Positions 36,026 through 45,782 of a DNA stretch of 64,000 bases are shown here, piece after piece. Location of the stretch: the NCBI GenBank assembly GCA_951812955.1, contig OX638340.1, forward strand, positions 1,472,001 through 1,536,000. The letters run 5' to 3'. Below the pieces are notes generated by a model. The model saw only the letters and a program-made list of their open reading frames with translations, was not told the DNA's origin and did no database searches. This DNA comes from an uncultured Gemmatimonadota bacterium. GTDB taxonomy: Bacteria; JAAXHH01. Position numbers and translations under genes: made by a program. Positions within the stretch are counted from its first letter, which is position 1. Each line of letters begins with the position of its first letter.

Positions 36026-36840
36026 TGACGACGACCGAACATGGATTCTGGCATATCGCGTACCTCGGATTCTGCGCGCTCGTCTTCGCCTTCCTGATCG
36101 CGCCGATCCTGGTGATCGTGCCGCTGAGTTTCAACGCCGAACCCTATTTCACCTTCACCGACGGCATGCTCCGCTTCGAAGCCGACGCATGGTCTCTTAG
36201 GTGGTACCGGCAGATCGTAGAGGACGAGGAGTGGTCGCGGGCCCTGGTCAACAGCCTGGTCATTGGAATCTCCGCCACGGTCCTCGCCACGGCCCTCGGC
36301 ACGCTCGCCGCGCTGGGCCTATCGAGCCCGGCCATGCCGGGCCGCCGTTTCGCCACGGGGCTGCTGATCTCGCCCATGGTAACGCCCGTGATCATCTCGG
36401 CGGCGGGTATGTTCTTCTTCTACTCGAACCTGGGCCTGGCGCAGACCCACATCGGGTTGATCCTCGCCCACGCCGCCCTGGGCACGCCCTTCGTCGTGAT
36501 CACGGTCACCGCCACGCTCGCCGGTTACGACGCGAACCTTTCGCGGGCGGCCGCCAGCATGGGCGCGGGTCCATTACGGATTTTCCACCGCGTCCAGCTC
36601 CCACTCATCGCACCGGGGGTCGTCTCCGGGGCGATCTTCGCTTTCGCCGCTTCCTTCGACGAGGTCGTCGTGGTGCTCTTCATGGGCGGGATCGAGCAGC
36701 GCACGATACCGCGCCAGATGTGGTCGGGTATCCGCGAGGAGATCAGCCCCGCCATCCTGGCCGTGGCCGTCTTCCTCATCGTCTTCGCCGTGCTTTTCCT
36801 GTTGACCGTGGAGTGGCTGCGCCGGCGAAATGCAAGGTAG
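36025..36840 (+). CDS. ABC transporter permease (PotC/PotI-like)
   Basis: ATGA start/stop overlap with the upstream permease at 36023-36027. 271 aa with six TM helices. The track ORF 35746-36840 has the wrong upstream start. Confidence 0.85.
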   Translation: MTTTEHGFWHIAYLGFCALVFAFLIAPILVIVPLSFNAEPYFTFTDGMLRFEADAWSLRWYRQIVEDEEWSRALVNSLVIGISATVLATALGTLAALGLSSPAMPGRRFATGLLISPMVTPVIISAAGMFFFYSNLGLAQTHIGLILAHAALGTPFVVITVTATLAGYDANLSRAAASMGAGPLRIFHRVQLPLIAPGVVSGAIFAFAASFDEVVVVLFMGGIEQRTIPRQMWSGIREEISPAILAVAVFLIVFAVLFLLTVEWLRRRNAR

Positions 36841-36995
36841 GAACGCAGTTGGCAGGTACGTGGGAAAACCTGGCCGGAGCCGGACGATTGCCGAAAAAAG
36901 GTAGGACCTTCGCGGGCAGATTCGAAGGCCGGTTGACCGGTGTGCTGTGCATACCGGTTGGCCGGCATTCGCGTACCCGCTCCGCGGGAAGGCGC

Positions 36996-38099
36996 TCAGC
37001 CCGCTTCCGTGCCGTTCATATATTCGTTCAGCAGAGAATGGAAGTGGTGCACGCCGTTCTCCCGCTTCACGGAAAACCGGCCCTGGTTGTATGACACGGA
37101 CTGTAATCCGCGCTGGACGTGCTCGCAGATGAAGATGTCCTCTTCCTGGATCTCATCGCCGAAATCCACCAGGTTGTCCACGTCCTGCTCCATATCGGGC
37201 GACAGGTACCATTCGAAAATGGTCAGGCAGCGTTCGTGTCCCAGGGGAACCACCAGGTTGGTCTGCATCTGACCCAGGTAGATGTTGAGCATGAGCGTGG
37301 GGAAAACCCAATAGTACTGCGTGTCGTTCTGGTCCTGTTCCGTCGGCAAGTACCGGCGCGGTCCCTTGTAGCCCTTCTTTTCCCTGGGGAGTATCGGCGC
37401 GTGCTGGATGGAATAGTACCGAAACGGCTCCACCCGGTAGGCGTCGTAGTCGATTTCCCGGTACAGGCCGGGATGCACGACCGGCAGGTGATAGCCTTCC
37501 AGGTAATTGTCCACGTACACCTTCCAATTGCAGTTCATCTCGTAATCCCGGCGCTTGACCCACCGCATCTCGCCGATGCGGTGACCGGCGGCCCGTTTTT
37601 CGATATCGCCCAGAAAAGCCTCCAGAGGCGGCGCAGTCTCGTCCAGGTTGACGAACAGCAGCGGACCCCACTGGCTCACGCGTACCGGTTCGAGCGCCAT
37701 GGCGCAGCGGTCCAGGGCCTGTACCTCTTCGAACTCGGGCGCGTGGCGCAACGAGCCGTCCAGGTTGTAGGTCCAGCCATGATAGTAGCACACGAAGGTC
37801 CGGCGGTTCCCCTGCTCAAGGGCCACGGGACCTGCTCGGTGCTTGCACACGTTGAAGAATCCACGGACCACGTCGTCGGCCCCGCGGGCGATGACTACGG
37901 GTTCACCGGCCACGTCCACCGTGAAGTAATCCCCGATGCGGGCTACCTGGTCGGCCCGTCCCACGAGCTGCCAGGTCTTCCCAAAGACTTCCCTGTACTC
38001 CCGCCGCAGGAAGTCCGGGTCGGTGTACCAGGAAGAGGGAATCGTCCAGGCGGACTCGATGTTCTGGTCGAACGGATGGTCGGTCATTTCGTAGTCCAA
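36996..38099 (-). CDS. Rieske [2Fe-2S] aromatic-ring-hydroxylating oxygenase alpha subunit (GbcA/CntA/stachydrine demethylase-like)
   Basis: Rieske motif CKHRAGPV ... CYYHGWTY. The catalytic domain carries mononuclear-iron ligands (EGYHLPVVHPGL). Length is 367 aa. Confidence 0.85.
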   Translation of the reverse strand: MDYEMTDHPFDQNIESAWTIPSSWYTDPDFLRREYREVFGKTWQLVGRADQVARIGDYFTVDVAGEPVVIARGADDVVRGFFNVCKHRAGPVALEQGNRRTFVCYYHGWTYNLDGSLRHAPEFEEVQALDRCAMALEPVRVSQWGPLLFVNLDETAPPLEAFLGDIEKRAAGHRIGEMRWVKRRDYEMNCNWKVYVDNYLEGYHLPVVHPGLYREIDYDAYRVEPFRYYSIQHAPILPREKKGYKGPRRYLPTEQDQNDTQYYWVFPTLMLNIYLGQMQTNLVVPLGHERCLTIFEWYLSPDMEQDVDNLVDFGDEIQEEDIFICEHVQRGLQSVSYNQGRFSVKRENGVHHFHSLLNEYMNGTEAG

Positions 38100-38246
38100 T
38101 TACTGGTGTGCAGATCAAAACGAATCACTTTAAATGTAACGCATATGCCATGACTTGAATACTCCAGAATCCGTGGTCAGCTCCAGATTCCGTAGCCTAC
38201 TCCGGTTTCCATAGCCTATCCCTGTTGCCGAGCCTACGCTCGCAGT

Positions 38247-39752
38247 TCATTCCCACCCTTCCTCCAAGGCCTCGGTCCCGAACCGTTCGATTGCTTCCAG
38301 CGTCTCACGCACGTCAACCCAGGTCGTGTTGTGATTGATGATGCATAGCCTGAGAGAGAACGTCTCACTCAAAGTCGTCGAGGACATGAGGGCACGGTCT
38401 TCCCAGAATACACGGGCGAGCATCTGCTGGTTGAGCTTAGCCAGGTAGTCTTCATCAAGACTGGAGTCCGATCCCTCATTTGCGGGATTCACTCTGAAGC
38501 ATACGATCCCCAGCGACGCAGGATTCAACGATTCAAGCACGGAACTCTGGTCTATATAGGCCTCGGCCCGTGCGGCGAGTTCCATGCCATTGGACACGGC
38601 GTCTCGAAAGGCGGCCATTCCGAACGTCTGTACCGACATCCAGATTTTGAGTGCCCTGGCCGAGCGACTGAGCTGCAGGCCGCGGTCTGAAAAACTCGGG
38701 TGATTGGCGCCCCAGATCGTATCCTGCAGCACGTCCTGGTGGACCTGGAAAACGTGCTCAAGCTTGCCGACATCCTTCAACAGCAAGCAACCCGCTTCGT
38801 AGGGCTGGAAGAACCACTTGTGCGCGTCCAGGTTTATCGAATCCGCGCGCTCAATGCCGCGGAGCAGCGCTTTTCCCTTCTCCGATACCACGGCGAATCC
38901 GCCGTAGGCGGCATCGGCATGCATCCAGAGCCCTTCCGCCTGACAGAAATCCGCCACGGCTTCGAGCGGGTCTATTGCCCCGGTACTGGGCGCACCCGCG
39001 TTCGCGCAAATGATGATGGGCTCCAGCCCCGCGGCACGGTCTTCTGCCACTGCGCGTACGAGCGCGTCCATATCAAGACGGAAGTGCTGGTCGGTGGGAA
39101 TAAGTCTGATGTACTCGGCCCTGATCCCGATGATCCTGGCGGCGCGGACCTGTGCCTTGTGACTCTGGTTGCTCATGTAAACGGTACCGCGCTCCGGGTT
39201 TCCTGCCGCTTCACGGGCTGCTACGAAAGCATCGAGAATCGCGGCGGAGCCCCCGCTTGTCAACAGCCCACCCGCGTCGTCCGGATAGCCGATCCAGCGC
39301 CGGATCCAGTCGATCACCACCAGTTCGACCTCGCTCGGACCGCTCGCGCAAAGCCAGTTGCAGGTGTTGAAGTTGTACCCCGCGGCCATGAAGTCCGCCA
39401 GGATTCCGGGCCAGGTGGGCGAAGACGGAATGAAGGCAAAGGACCGTGGATGATCGAGTCGCGCGGCATTTGGCAGTATGTCCCGCGTGGCCTGATCTAT
39501 GACTTCATCCGCCGGGCGGCCCTCCTCGGGCGGTTCCTCCTTGAGTTTGACCTCGAGCGGCTGCTGGAAGTCCCCGTCCCATGCGAGGTCTTCCGGCAGG
39601 TTTTCCATGCGTTTCACCAGGATTTCAGCAGCCTTCTTCGCAAGATCGAGCATGTCCTCAGGCGACATCTGAAGGGCGACCGATTTCTGTTTTCCGGAAT
39701 CCTGGTTACCGCCAGTTCTTTCTAATCGGCCACCGTTCATATTATTGCCCAT
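38247..39752 (-). CDS. group II pyridoxal-dependent decarboxylase (aromatic-amino-acid / diaminobutyrate decarboxylase family)
   Basis: SINLDAHKWFFQPYEAGCLL is the PLP-lysine motif. Length is 501 aa. Confidence 0.85.
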   Translation of the reverse strand: MGNNMNGGRLERTGGNQDSGKQKSVALQMSPEDMLDLAKKAAEILVKRMENLPEDLAWDGDFQQPLEVKLKEEPPEEGRPADEVIDQATRDILPNAARLDHPRSFAFIPSSPTWPGILADFMAAGYNFNTCNWLCASGPSEVELVVIDWIRRWIGYPDDAGGLLTSGGSAAILDAFVAAREAAGNPERGTVYMSNQSHKAQVRAARIIGIRAEYIRLIPTDQHFRLDMDALVRAVAEDRAAGLEPIIICANAGAPSTGAIDPLEAVADFCQAEGLWMHADAAYGGFAVVSEKGKALLRGIERADSINLDAHKWFFQPYEAGCLLLKDVGKLEHVFQVHQDVLQDTIWGANHPSFSDRGLQLSRSARALKIWMSVQTFGMAAFRDAVSNGMELAARAEAYIDQSSVLESLNPASLGIVCFRVNPANEGSDSSLDEDYLAKLNQQMLARVFWEDRALMSSTTLSETFSLRLCIINHNTTWVDVRETLEAIERFGTEALEEGWE

Positions 39753-39926
39753 TTCATGGTACTTTTTAAGACCATGGTTTCTATCACTTACGAATAGATT
39801 GCGTTTTCAGGCTATCTCCGAAGATTCGTCTGCGCTTGAATGGTTTTGTATCACCGCTCCCTTCTCCGCGTCGTCATATACACCGGACCGCACCTGGTAA
39901 AGTGACGGAAATCCCATTGCAACGGG

Positions 39927-42632
39927 CTACAGATCTTCCGGATCCAATACTTCAGGCGTCGCCAGGCCCCGGTCGGCCAGCTGCGACTCGATGGAGGAAC
40001 GGTCTCCCACGAGCAGGTAGCCCGCGCGCCGCACGTCGAGGTATTTGCTGGCGGCGGACCGTACCTCCTCCAGCGTGACGGACTGCAGGTTCTCCACCGC
40101 GTCCCGCAGGTCCGTCATGGGCCGTCCCGAGCTCCACAACCCGCCGATGCTGCCCGCGATGCGCCTCAGGGATTCGAACCGCTGCGCGTATCCGCGGATA
40201 CGCGCGGTGCGCGCCTCCTCGAGTTCCTCCCAACTCACCGGCCTCCGGCCGCCCAATCCCTCCATTTCAGCCATCAGTTCCTGCACGACCTCGCCGGTCT
40301 TGTCCGCCTGGATAGACGTCTGTGCTTTCCAGTACCCGGAGACGCCAAGGAGACCCAGCGAGGTGGATACGCCGTACGTATACCCCTTTTCTTCCCTCAG
40401 GTTCAGGTTGAGGCGGGACTGGAATCCACCGCCCCAGATCGCGTCTACGAGCCGCAGGGCGTGGTAATCGGGCGTATCTCGGCTCGGCGCGTCGATGAAC
40501 TGGCAGACCACCGTCTGCGGTGCGCCGGGACGGTCCACCAGGCAGATCCGGTTCGTCTTGCGGCCTGGGGTAGGATCCGGGACGGCCTTTGCCGGACGGA
40601 CGTCGCCCTTCCACGAACCGAATCGCTGATCCGCCAGCTTCATCGCCTGGTCACGGGTGATGTCGCCCACGAACACCAGGGCGGACTGGTCCGGCCGCCA
40701 GTTTTCCTCATAGGACCTGGCGATTTCGTACCTGGACATTTCGGCTACAGAGGACGCATAGCCCTGCACGGGCCGGCCATAGGGATGATCGCCGCCGAAT
40801 ACGAGTCCGGGACAAAGCCGCTGTGCGAGGTACTGGGGGTGGGAGGCCTGTTGCGCGAGGTGATCCAGATGGCGGTGCCGTTCCCGTTCCAGTTCCTCTT
40901 CGGGGAACTGGGGATTGCGCGCGACGTCTGAGAAAAGAGCCATGGCCGACGGCAGCTTGTCGGTCAGCACGTCCAGCCCGAGCCGGGCCGATTCGAGGTA
41001 CATGGTCTTCCCGATGACCGTGCCCAGTCGACTCAGGGCCTCGTCGAGGTCCAGCGCACCGTGGCTTCGCGTTCCCTTGTCCATGATCTGCAGCATGAGT
41101 TGGGCCATCCCGCTTCGGTCGGGGGGATCATGCACGCCCCCGGACTTCACATTCAGTGAGACGGCTACCTTGGGCAGATCGTGCTGTTCGACGACCAACA
41201 CTGCAAGGTCGTTGTCCAGCCGGTCCTCGTGCACCTCCGGCGTCTGAAAGGGCGTGTCCGACCCGAGCGCCGGAACCCTCGACCGGTCGAGGGCGCCGCC
41301 GGCCGTCGTTGCCGGATCCGGGTCAGCCGACCGCGGTAGCGTATCGGGATGGTACCTGAGGGTCAGGCCGTGACGGGACACGAGCCATCGTTCGACCGCT
41401 TCGGCGATCTTCGACCCGGTCAGGTTCCGGAACCGTTCGTGTTCGACCTGGAAATAGCCCGGGTCGTTTTTGTAGATATTCGATTCGTTCAGCCGGTCCG
41501 CCTTGCCGCCGAAACCGCCGATGCGTTCCAGGCTCGAGACGTACTGGTATTCCCACACGGTGCACGCACGCTCCACCTCGTCCCGGGAAGGACCGCCGGC
41601 CGCCAGTTTCTCGATCTGCCCGGCAACCAGGCCTTCAACCTCCAGGACGTCGTGGTCCGGGCGGACGGTCGCGATGACGCCGAACAGGCCGGAGATCTCC
41701 CTGGCGTAGTTGAATACGCTGACCTCCGTGCACAACCTCAGGTCGTATACCAGCAGCTTCTCGAGCCGGGAGGACAGGCCGTCTCCCAGTACGGCCGCGG
41801 CCGCGTCGAGTGCCGTTTCGTCCGGATCGAACCGTTCAGGCGCTGGCCAGATCATGTGGACGCGGGCCTGGGGCACACGGTCCGTGACCTCCACGATTTT
41901 TCCTTCGGGCAGGGAAGGCACCCAGCGGCGCCGGCGCTCCAGGAGCGGACCCGGTTCGAGCCCGCCGTAGAAGTGGTCCACGCGGTCCCTGGCTAAGGCT
42001 TCGTCGAAGTCACCGGCGATGACCAACGAGAGGTTGTTCGGCGTGTAGTAAGTGCGGAAGAACTCGGCCACATCGTCCACCGTGGCCGCTTCCAGGTCCT
42101 CGTGCCTGCCGATGACGGGCCAGGAATAGGGATGCCCGGCGGGGTAGAGGTGCTCGTTTACCAGTTCGTACCAGCGGCCGTAGGGCTGGTTCTCCGTAGT
42201 CTGCCGGCGCTCGTTGCGCACGACCTCGCGCTGGTTCTCGAAGTTCTCCCGTGTGAGCGCGTCCGCCAACGTGGCGATGCGGTCCGATTCAAGCCAGAGC
42301 ACGTATTCGAGATTGCCCGAGGGCACGGTCGCGAAGTAGTTGGTCCGGTCGTTGCTCGTGGTACCGTTGACGCCGCCCTCCCGCAGGTTGCCCCCCGCCT
42401 GTTCGATGTACTTGAAATACCCTTCCGGCGCGTGCTCCGACCCTTCGAACATCAGGTGCTCGAAGAGGTGGGCAAACCCGGTCCGGCCGGGCTGCTCCAC
42501 CTTGGAGCCCACGTGGAACCAATGGTTTACGTGCACCACGGGGAGCTTGCGGTCCACGTGCAGGATGACCTGCAAACCATTCGGCAGGGTGTATTTCTCG
42601 AAGGTTACGCGCGGCAGGTCTTTCTGAGCCAT
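39927..42632 (-). CDS. M16-family zinc metallopeptidase (pitrilysin/insulinase-like, tandem double module)
   Basis: Inverzincin motif HLFEHLMFEGSEH. At 901 aa it holds two M16 active/inactive domain pairs. Confidence 0.9.
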   Translation of the reverse strand: MAQKDLPRVTFEKYTLPNGLQVILHVDRKLPVVHVNHWFHVGSKVEQPGRTGFAHLFEHLMFEGSEHAPEGYFKYIEQAGGNLREGGVNGTTSNDRTNYFATVPSGNLEYVLWLESDRIATLADALTRENFENQREVVRNERRQTTENQPYGRWYELVNEHLYPAGHPYSWPVIGRHEDLEAATVDDVAEFFRTYYTPNNLSLVIAGDFDEALARDRVDHFYGGLEPGPLLERRRRWVPSLPEGKIVEVTDRVPQARVHMIWPAPERFDPDETALDAAAAVLGDGLSSRLEKLLVYDLRLCTEVSVFNYAREISGLFGVIATVRPDHDVLEVEGLVAGQIEKLAAGGPSRDEVERACTVWEYQYVSSLERIGGFGGKADRLNESNIYKNDPGYFQVEHERFRNLTGSKIAEAVERWLVSRHGLTLRYHPDTLPRSADPDPATTAGGALDRSRVPALGSDTPFQTPEVHEDRLDNDLAVLVVEQHDLPKVAVSLNVKSGGVHDPPDRSGMAQLMLQIMDKGTRSHGALDLDEALSRLGTVIGKTMYLESARLGLDVLTDKLPSAMALFSDVARNPQFPEEELERERHRHLDHLAQQASHPQYLAQRLCPGLVFGGDHPYGRPVQGYASSVAEMSRYEIARSYEENWRPDQSALVFVGDITRDQAMKLADQRFGSWKGDVRPAKAVPDPTPGRKTNRICLVDRPGAPQTVVCQFIDAPSRDTPDYHALRLVDAIWGGGFQSRLNLNLREEKGYTYGVSTSLGLLGVSGYWKAQTSIQADKTGEVVQELMAEMEGLGGRRPVSWEELEEARTARIRGYAQRFESLRRIAGSIGGLWSSGRPMTDLRDAVENLQSVTLEEVRSAASKYLDVRRAGYLLVGDRSSIESQLADRGLATPEVLDPEDL

Positions 42633-42800
42633 GGGTCATCCCGGCTAAAGAAACAGAGGAACAGATTGAGAAGTACCAGGGTGCGGTACCGCGACTGCCA
42701 TTCACGGATCGACGGGCGGCACGGACCCGGCGCTACCGGCTCCCGATGGCATCACGGATCTTTCCGTGCACTACGTGATAATTCGGTACGAAGTGCGAGG

Positions 42801-43865
42801 TCACACCGGTTCGACCCGACCCGACTTCGCCGAACGGTAAGCAGCGTCGAGCATCATGACGGAACGCATGGCCGCGTAACCGGGCGTGTAGTTCTCCACG
42901 GCGCGTCCGAGCACAAGGTCCGCGAAGTTCTCCGGCGGCCCCTCGCAGCTGTAGGCGCCGGCATCGGAGGCCACGTCGTGTACATGGTCCTGTCCGTCGT
43001 GCCGGTGGATCGCGAGTCGGGCGCGCTCGACGTCGAGCAGCAACATGCCCTCCGAACCGAAGATTCGGATGTCGAGCTGGAACGTCTGTCCCTCCGGGAT
43101 GTCCCCCGACCCCGAAAGCGCTCCGATCACGCCGTCCTCGAAGCGGACCGTCAAGGCGTCGTACATCTCCACCCTGGATGCCGCCTCGGCCATCATGGCG
43201 AAGACCTCGCGTGGCACCAGTCCCGTGAGCCAGGACATGAGGCCCAGGCTGTGGGACATCTGAGCGTGGCCGTAGCCGCCTTCGGCCACCACGGGATCGG
43301 CCCACGTGGCCGGGTCGGGGGCGAAGAGTCCGCCGCCGTTGGCTTCGTGGTCGAAATCCAGGCCCTGGAGCAGGCCCCGGATGGGCGAGGCCATGTGGCA
43401 GAGCACGGATTCAATCTTCCCAACGGCCCCGGCGTCGAGACGCCGCCTGGCCTCCTGTATGTACGGCTTGTGGTGCCATCCGTATGGAACGAGCAGGTGA
43501 AGCCCCTTCGCATCCGCCTGCCGGACCAGTTCCCTGGCATGGGCGCTCCTCGTGCACATGGGTTTTTCTACCATGACGTGCAGACCGCGTTCCAGCGCCG
43601 CGCTGGCGTGTTCGAAGTGCAGCGTATGGGGACTGGAAACCACCACGCCGTCCAGCTCGACATCGTCCAGCAACCTGCGGTAGTCTTCCGTGCCGTAGGG
43701 CACGCCGAAAGCATCCTGGACCTGGCGCAGTTCGTCCTTTCCAAGCCGGCAGACGGCCGCCAGTTCCACGTCTCCCGCCTCGTCGGCCCGTTTCCTGAGC
43801 ACAGGCAGGTGATTGGCCGTCGCCCACCACCCGGTGCCTATGAATCCTATGCGTGCCTTCTCCAT
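42801..43865 (-). CDS. Gfo/Idh/MocA-family NAD(P)-dependent oxidoreductase
   Basis: IGFIGTGWWATANHLP Rossmann motif plus EKPMC. Confidence 0.85.
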   Translation of the reverse strand: MEKARIGFIGTGWWATANHLPVLRKRADEAGDVELAAVCRLGKDELRQVQDAFGVPYGTEDYRRLLDDVELDGVVVSSPHTLHFEHASAALERGLHVMVEKPMCTRSAHARELVRQADAKGLHLLVPYGWHHKPYIQEARRRLDAGAVGKIESVLCHMASPIRGLLQGLDFDHEANGGGLFAPDPATWADPVVAEGGYGHAQMSHSLGLMSWLTGLVPREVFAMMAEAASRVEMYDALTVRFEDGVIGALSGSGDIPEGQTFQLDIRIFGSEGMLLLDVERARLAIHRHDGQDHVHDVASDAGAYSCEGPPENFADLVLGRAVENYTPGYAAMRSVMMLDAAYRSAKSGRVEPV

Positions 43866-43898
43866 GACAGATTCCTTGTGGTTTTCAGGTCGTGGCGC

Positions 43899-44528
43899 TT
43901 ATGACCGTGTTCCGCGAAAAACGCCGCCCGTCGTGGCGTCCACGATCCAGACTTCGTTCTGCCATAGCGTGAACCCGTGCGGTTCCGGGCCCTCCACGTC
44001 CAGCCGGTCCAGCTGTTCGCCCGTATCGGGGTCGTACAGAAATATCGCCCGGTGATTGGTCTCCACGCACCAGAGCCGGCCGTTTTCCCATGCAATGCCG
44101 TGGGGCCGGTCTCCGGGCGCGGGGAAAGACTGCAGCACGGTCCACTTGTCGGGATCCATGCGGTATATCGTGGCGTCAGGAGGCGACGACATCCACAGTT
44201 CACCGTCGCGCCATTCCAGGCCGTGCGCGCCGGTCTCCTTCGCGCCCGGCGTGGGGAGGCGTTCCAGCGTCCTTCCGGAGTCGGGATCGACCTTCAGCGT
44301 CTCGCAGCTGTAGGTGGACGACACCCAGAGGTGGATGCCGCTGTGGGTTATCCCGCTGCCCCGGTCGGAGTCGGAGTCGAAGATCCTGCGCGTCCCGCCG
44401 TCCCGGTAATCGTGACAACTGATCCGGTTGTCGCCCTGGTCCAGAATCCAGAGGCCTTCGGTCGTGGCCTGCAGCCCGTTGGGATGGGGGCCGGGCGCGT
44501 CGAAGACATGGCTGAGCTTGAGTTTCAT
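43899..44528 (-). CDS. beta-propeller repeat protein (glutaminyl-cyclase-like / NHL-like)
   Basis: Four to five repeats of the pattern HGxxW.dGxLW. No signal peptide is seen. The family assignment is tentative. Confidence 0.5.
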   Translation of the reverse strand: MKLKLSHVFDAPGPHPNGLQATTEGLWILDQGDNRISCHDYRDGGTRRIFDSDSDRGSGITHSGIHLWVSSTYSCETLKVDPDSGRTLERLPTPGAKETGAHGLEWRDGELWMSSPPDATIYRMDPDKWTVLQSFPAPGDRPHGIAWENGRLWCVETNHRAIFLYDPDTGEQLDRLDVEGPEPHGFTLWQNEVWIVDATTGGVFRGTRS

Positions 44529-44639
44529 ACAACAGCCTTTCCGCTATCTAGCAAAGGGGTAGGATACCCATCCAAAATGCAACCGGTCCACGTGCCCTGT
44601 CAAGATACAAAGGAGGGGATTTTAAAGGGAATCCGCACA

Positions 44640-44790
44640 AGGCCATCGGGAGCCGGGATCTGGACCTGAACCGAAGGTAGGACCGAATGCGGGACCGGGG
44701 CTGGACCGGGATCAGGACCGGGATCGAAGGCGGGGATCGGGACCGAGCGGGGATCGGATCGGAGACCGGGAGGGGACCGGATGCGGTAAC
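44640..44790. repeat. G-rich degenerate short repeats (GGGAYCGG / GGACCGGG units)
   Basis: cgggaccggggctggaccgggatcaggaccgggatcgaaggcggggatcgggaccgagcggggatcggatcggagaccgggaggggaccgg. Confidence 0.65.
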
Positions 44791-44810
44791 CAGGGTCTGA
44801 TCGAAATGTA

Positions 44811-44848
44811 TTGACGCTGGATTGAAATATCTATATTTTTAGAAATAT
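44811..44848 (+). promoter_or_regulatory. promoter (TTGACG, 17-nt spacer, TATTTT) overlapping an imperfect inverted repeat AAATATCTATATTTTTAGAAATAT; candidate ArsR operator
   Basis: Seen in the sequence immediately upstream of the arsR-like ATG at 44847. Confidence 0.4.
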
Positions 44849-45161
44849 GGAAATAATCAACACGATACTTGCCGCCACGGACCTCGAAGCCGAACAGAAA
44901 CACGCGTCGGCCTTCAAGGCACTGAGCCACAAGACTCGCCTGGCCATCTTCTACCACCTCGTCAGGAAAGGTGAAGCGGGAGATACCGTCGGCAACTTGC
45001 AGGAAGCGATCGACGTGCCGTGGGCGACCCTGTCCCACCACCTGGACGTCTTGCGCCGCGCCGATCTGCTGGCGTCACGGCGGGAAGAGCGGTACATCTA
45101 CTACCGTGTGCGGCCCGAACGGGTAAGCGACCTGGTCCGCCTGCTTACCGCCTGCTGTTGA
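44847..45161 (+). CDS. ArsR/SmtB-family metalloregulator
   Basis: LSHKTRLAIFYHL ... TLSHHLDVLRRADLL is the ArsR HTH. The C-terminus ends in CC. Confidence 0.85.
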   Translation: MEIINTILAATDLEAEQKHASAFKALSHKTRLAIFYHLVRKGEAGDTVGNLQEAIDVPWATLSHHLDVLRRADLLASRREERYIYYRVRPERVSDLVRLLTACC

Positions 45162-45240
45162 GAAACGGACCCATGCGGACGCGACCGGAGCTATCGTAAG
45201 CGCGCGGCCGCCGACACCCAGCCTATTTAAGGAGAAATCC

Positions 45241-45723
45241 ATGTCAGACTACCCCAAGATCCACCTGTCGTTTCCCGTCCGCGACCTGGAACGGAGCGTC
45301 GCGTTCTATGAGAAGTTCTTCGGCGAGGAGCCCGTGAAGACCAGGCCGAGGTACGTAAAGTTCCTTCCTTCCATCGCCCCTTTGAACCTGGCCCTGTATT
45401 CGGATGGGACTGCCGCGGGCGACGCGGCGAACCATTTCGGCATCGAGGTCCGGGACCACGAAACGGTCCTGCGGCATCTGCAGCGGATCAGGGGATCGGG
45501 ACTGGAGACCAGGGAAGAGATGGACGTCGACTGTTGTCACGCCAACCAGGACAAGTTCTGGGTGCAGGATCCGGAAGGCCGCGAATGGGAGATCTACGTG
45601 CTGAACAGGGACCTGGATGAACCGGGTGGAAGGGAAGAAGAAGCCTGCTGCGCGGACCTTGAATCCGGCGACCCTTCCGAGCAGGCGCGTTCGTCCGTCA
45701 CGACGACGTGCTGCGGCGGATAA
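45241..45723 (+). CDS. VOC (glyoxalase/bleomycin-resistance) family protein with a Cys-rich C-terminus (CadI/ArsI-like)
   Basis: IHLSFPVRDLERSVAFYEKFFG is a VOC motif. The tail reads CCHANQ ... EEACCAD ... TTCCGG. Its position after arsR suggests a metal or arsenic role. Confidence 0.65.
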   Translation: MSDYPKIHLSFPVRDLERSVAFYEKFFGEEPVKTRPRYVKFLPSIAPLNLALYSDGTAAGDAANHFGIEVRDHETVLRHLQRIRGSGLETREEMDVDCCHANQDKFWVQDPEGREWEIYVLNRDLDEPGGREEEACCADLESGDPSEQARSSVTTTCCGG

Positions 45724-45782
45724 ACGCGATCCGGCCAGGTTTCATAACAAGCCGGAAGAAGAACTAGAAACAGGAGCAAACC

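Noticed and set aside
42102-43904. 600-aa plus-strand ORF
   Set aside because: It is antisense to the M16 peptidase and Gfo/Idh/MocA genes and has no recognisable domain.
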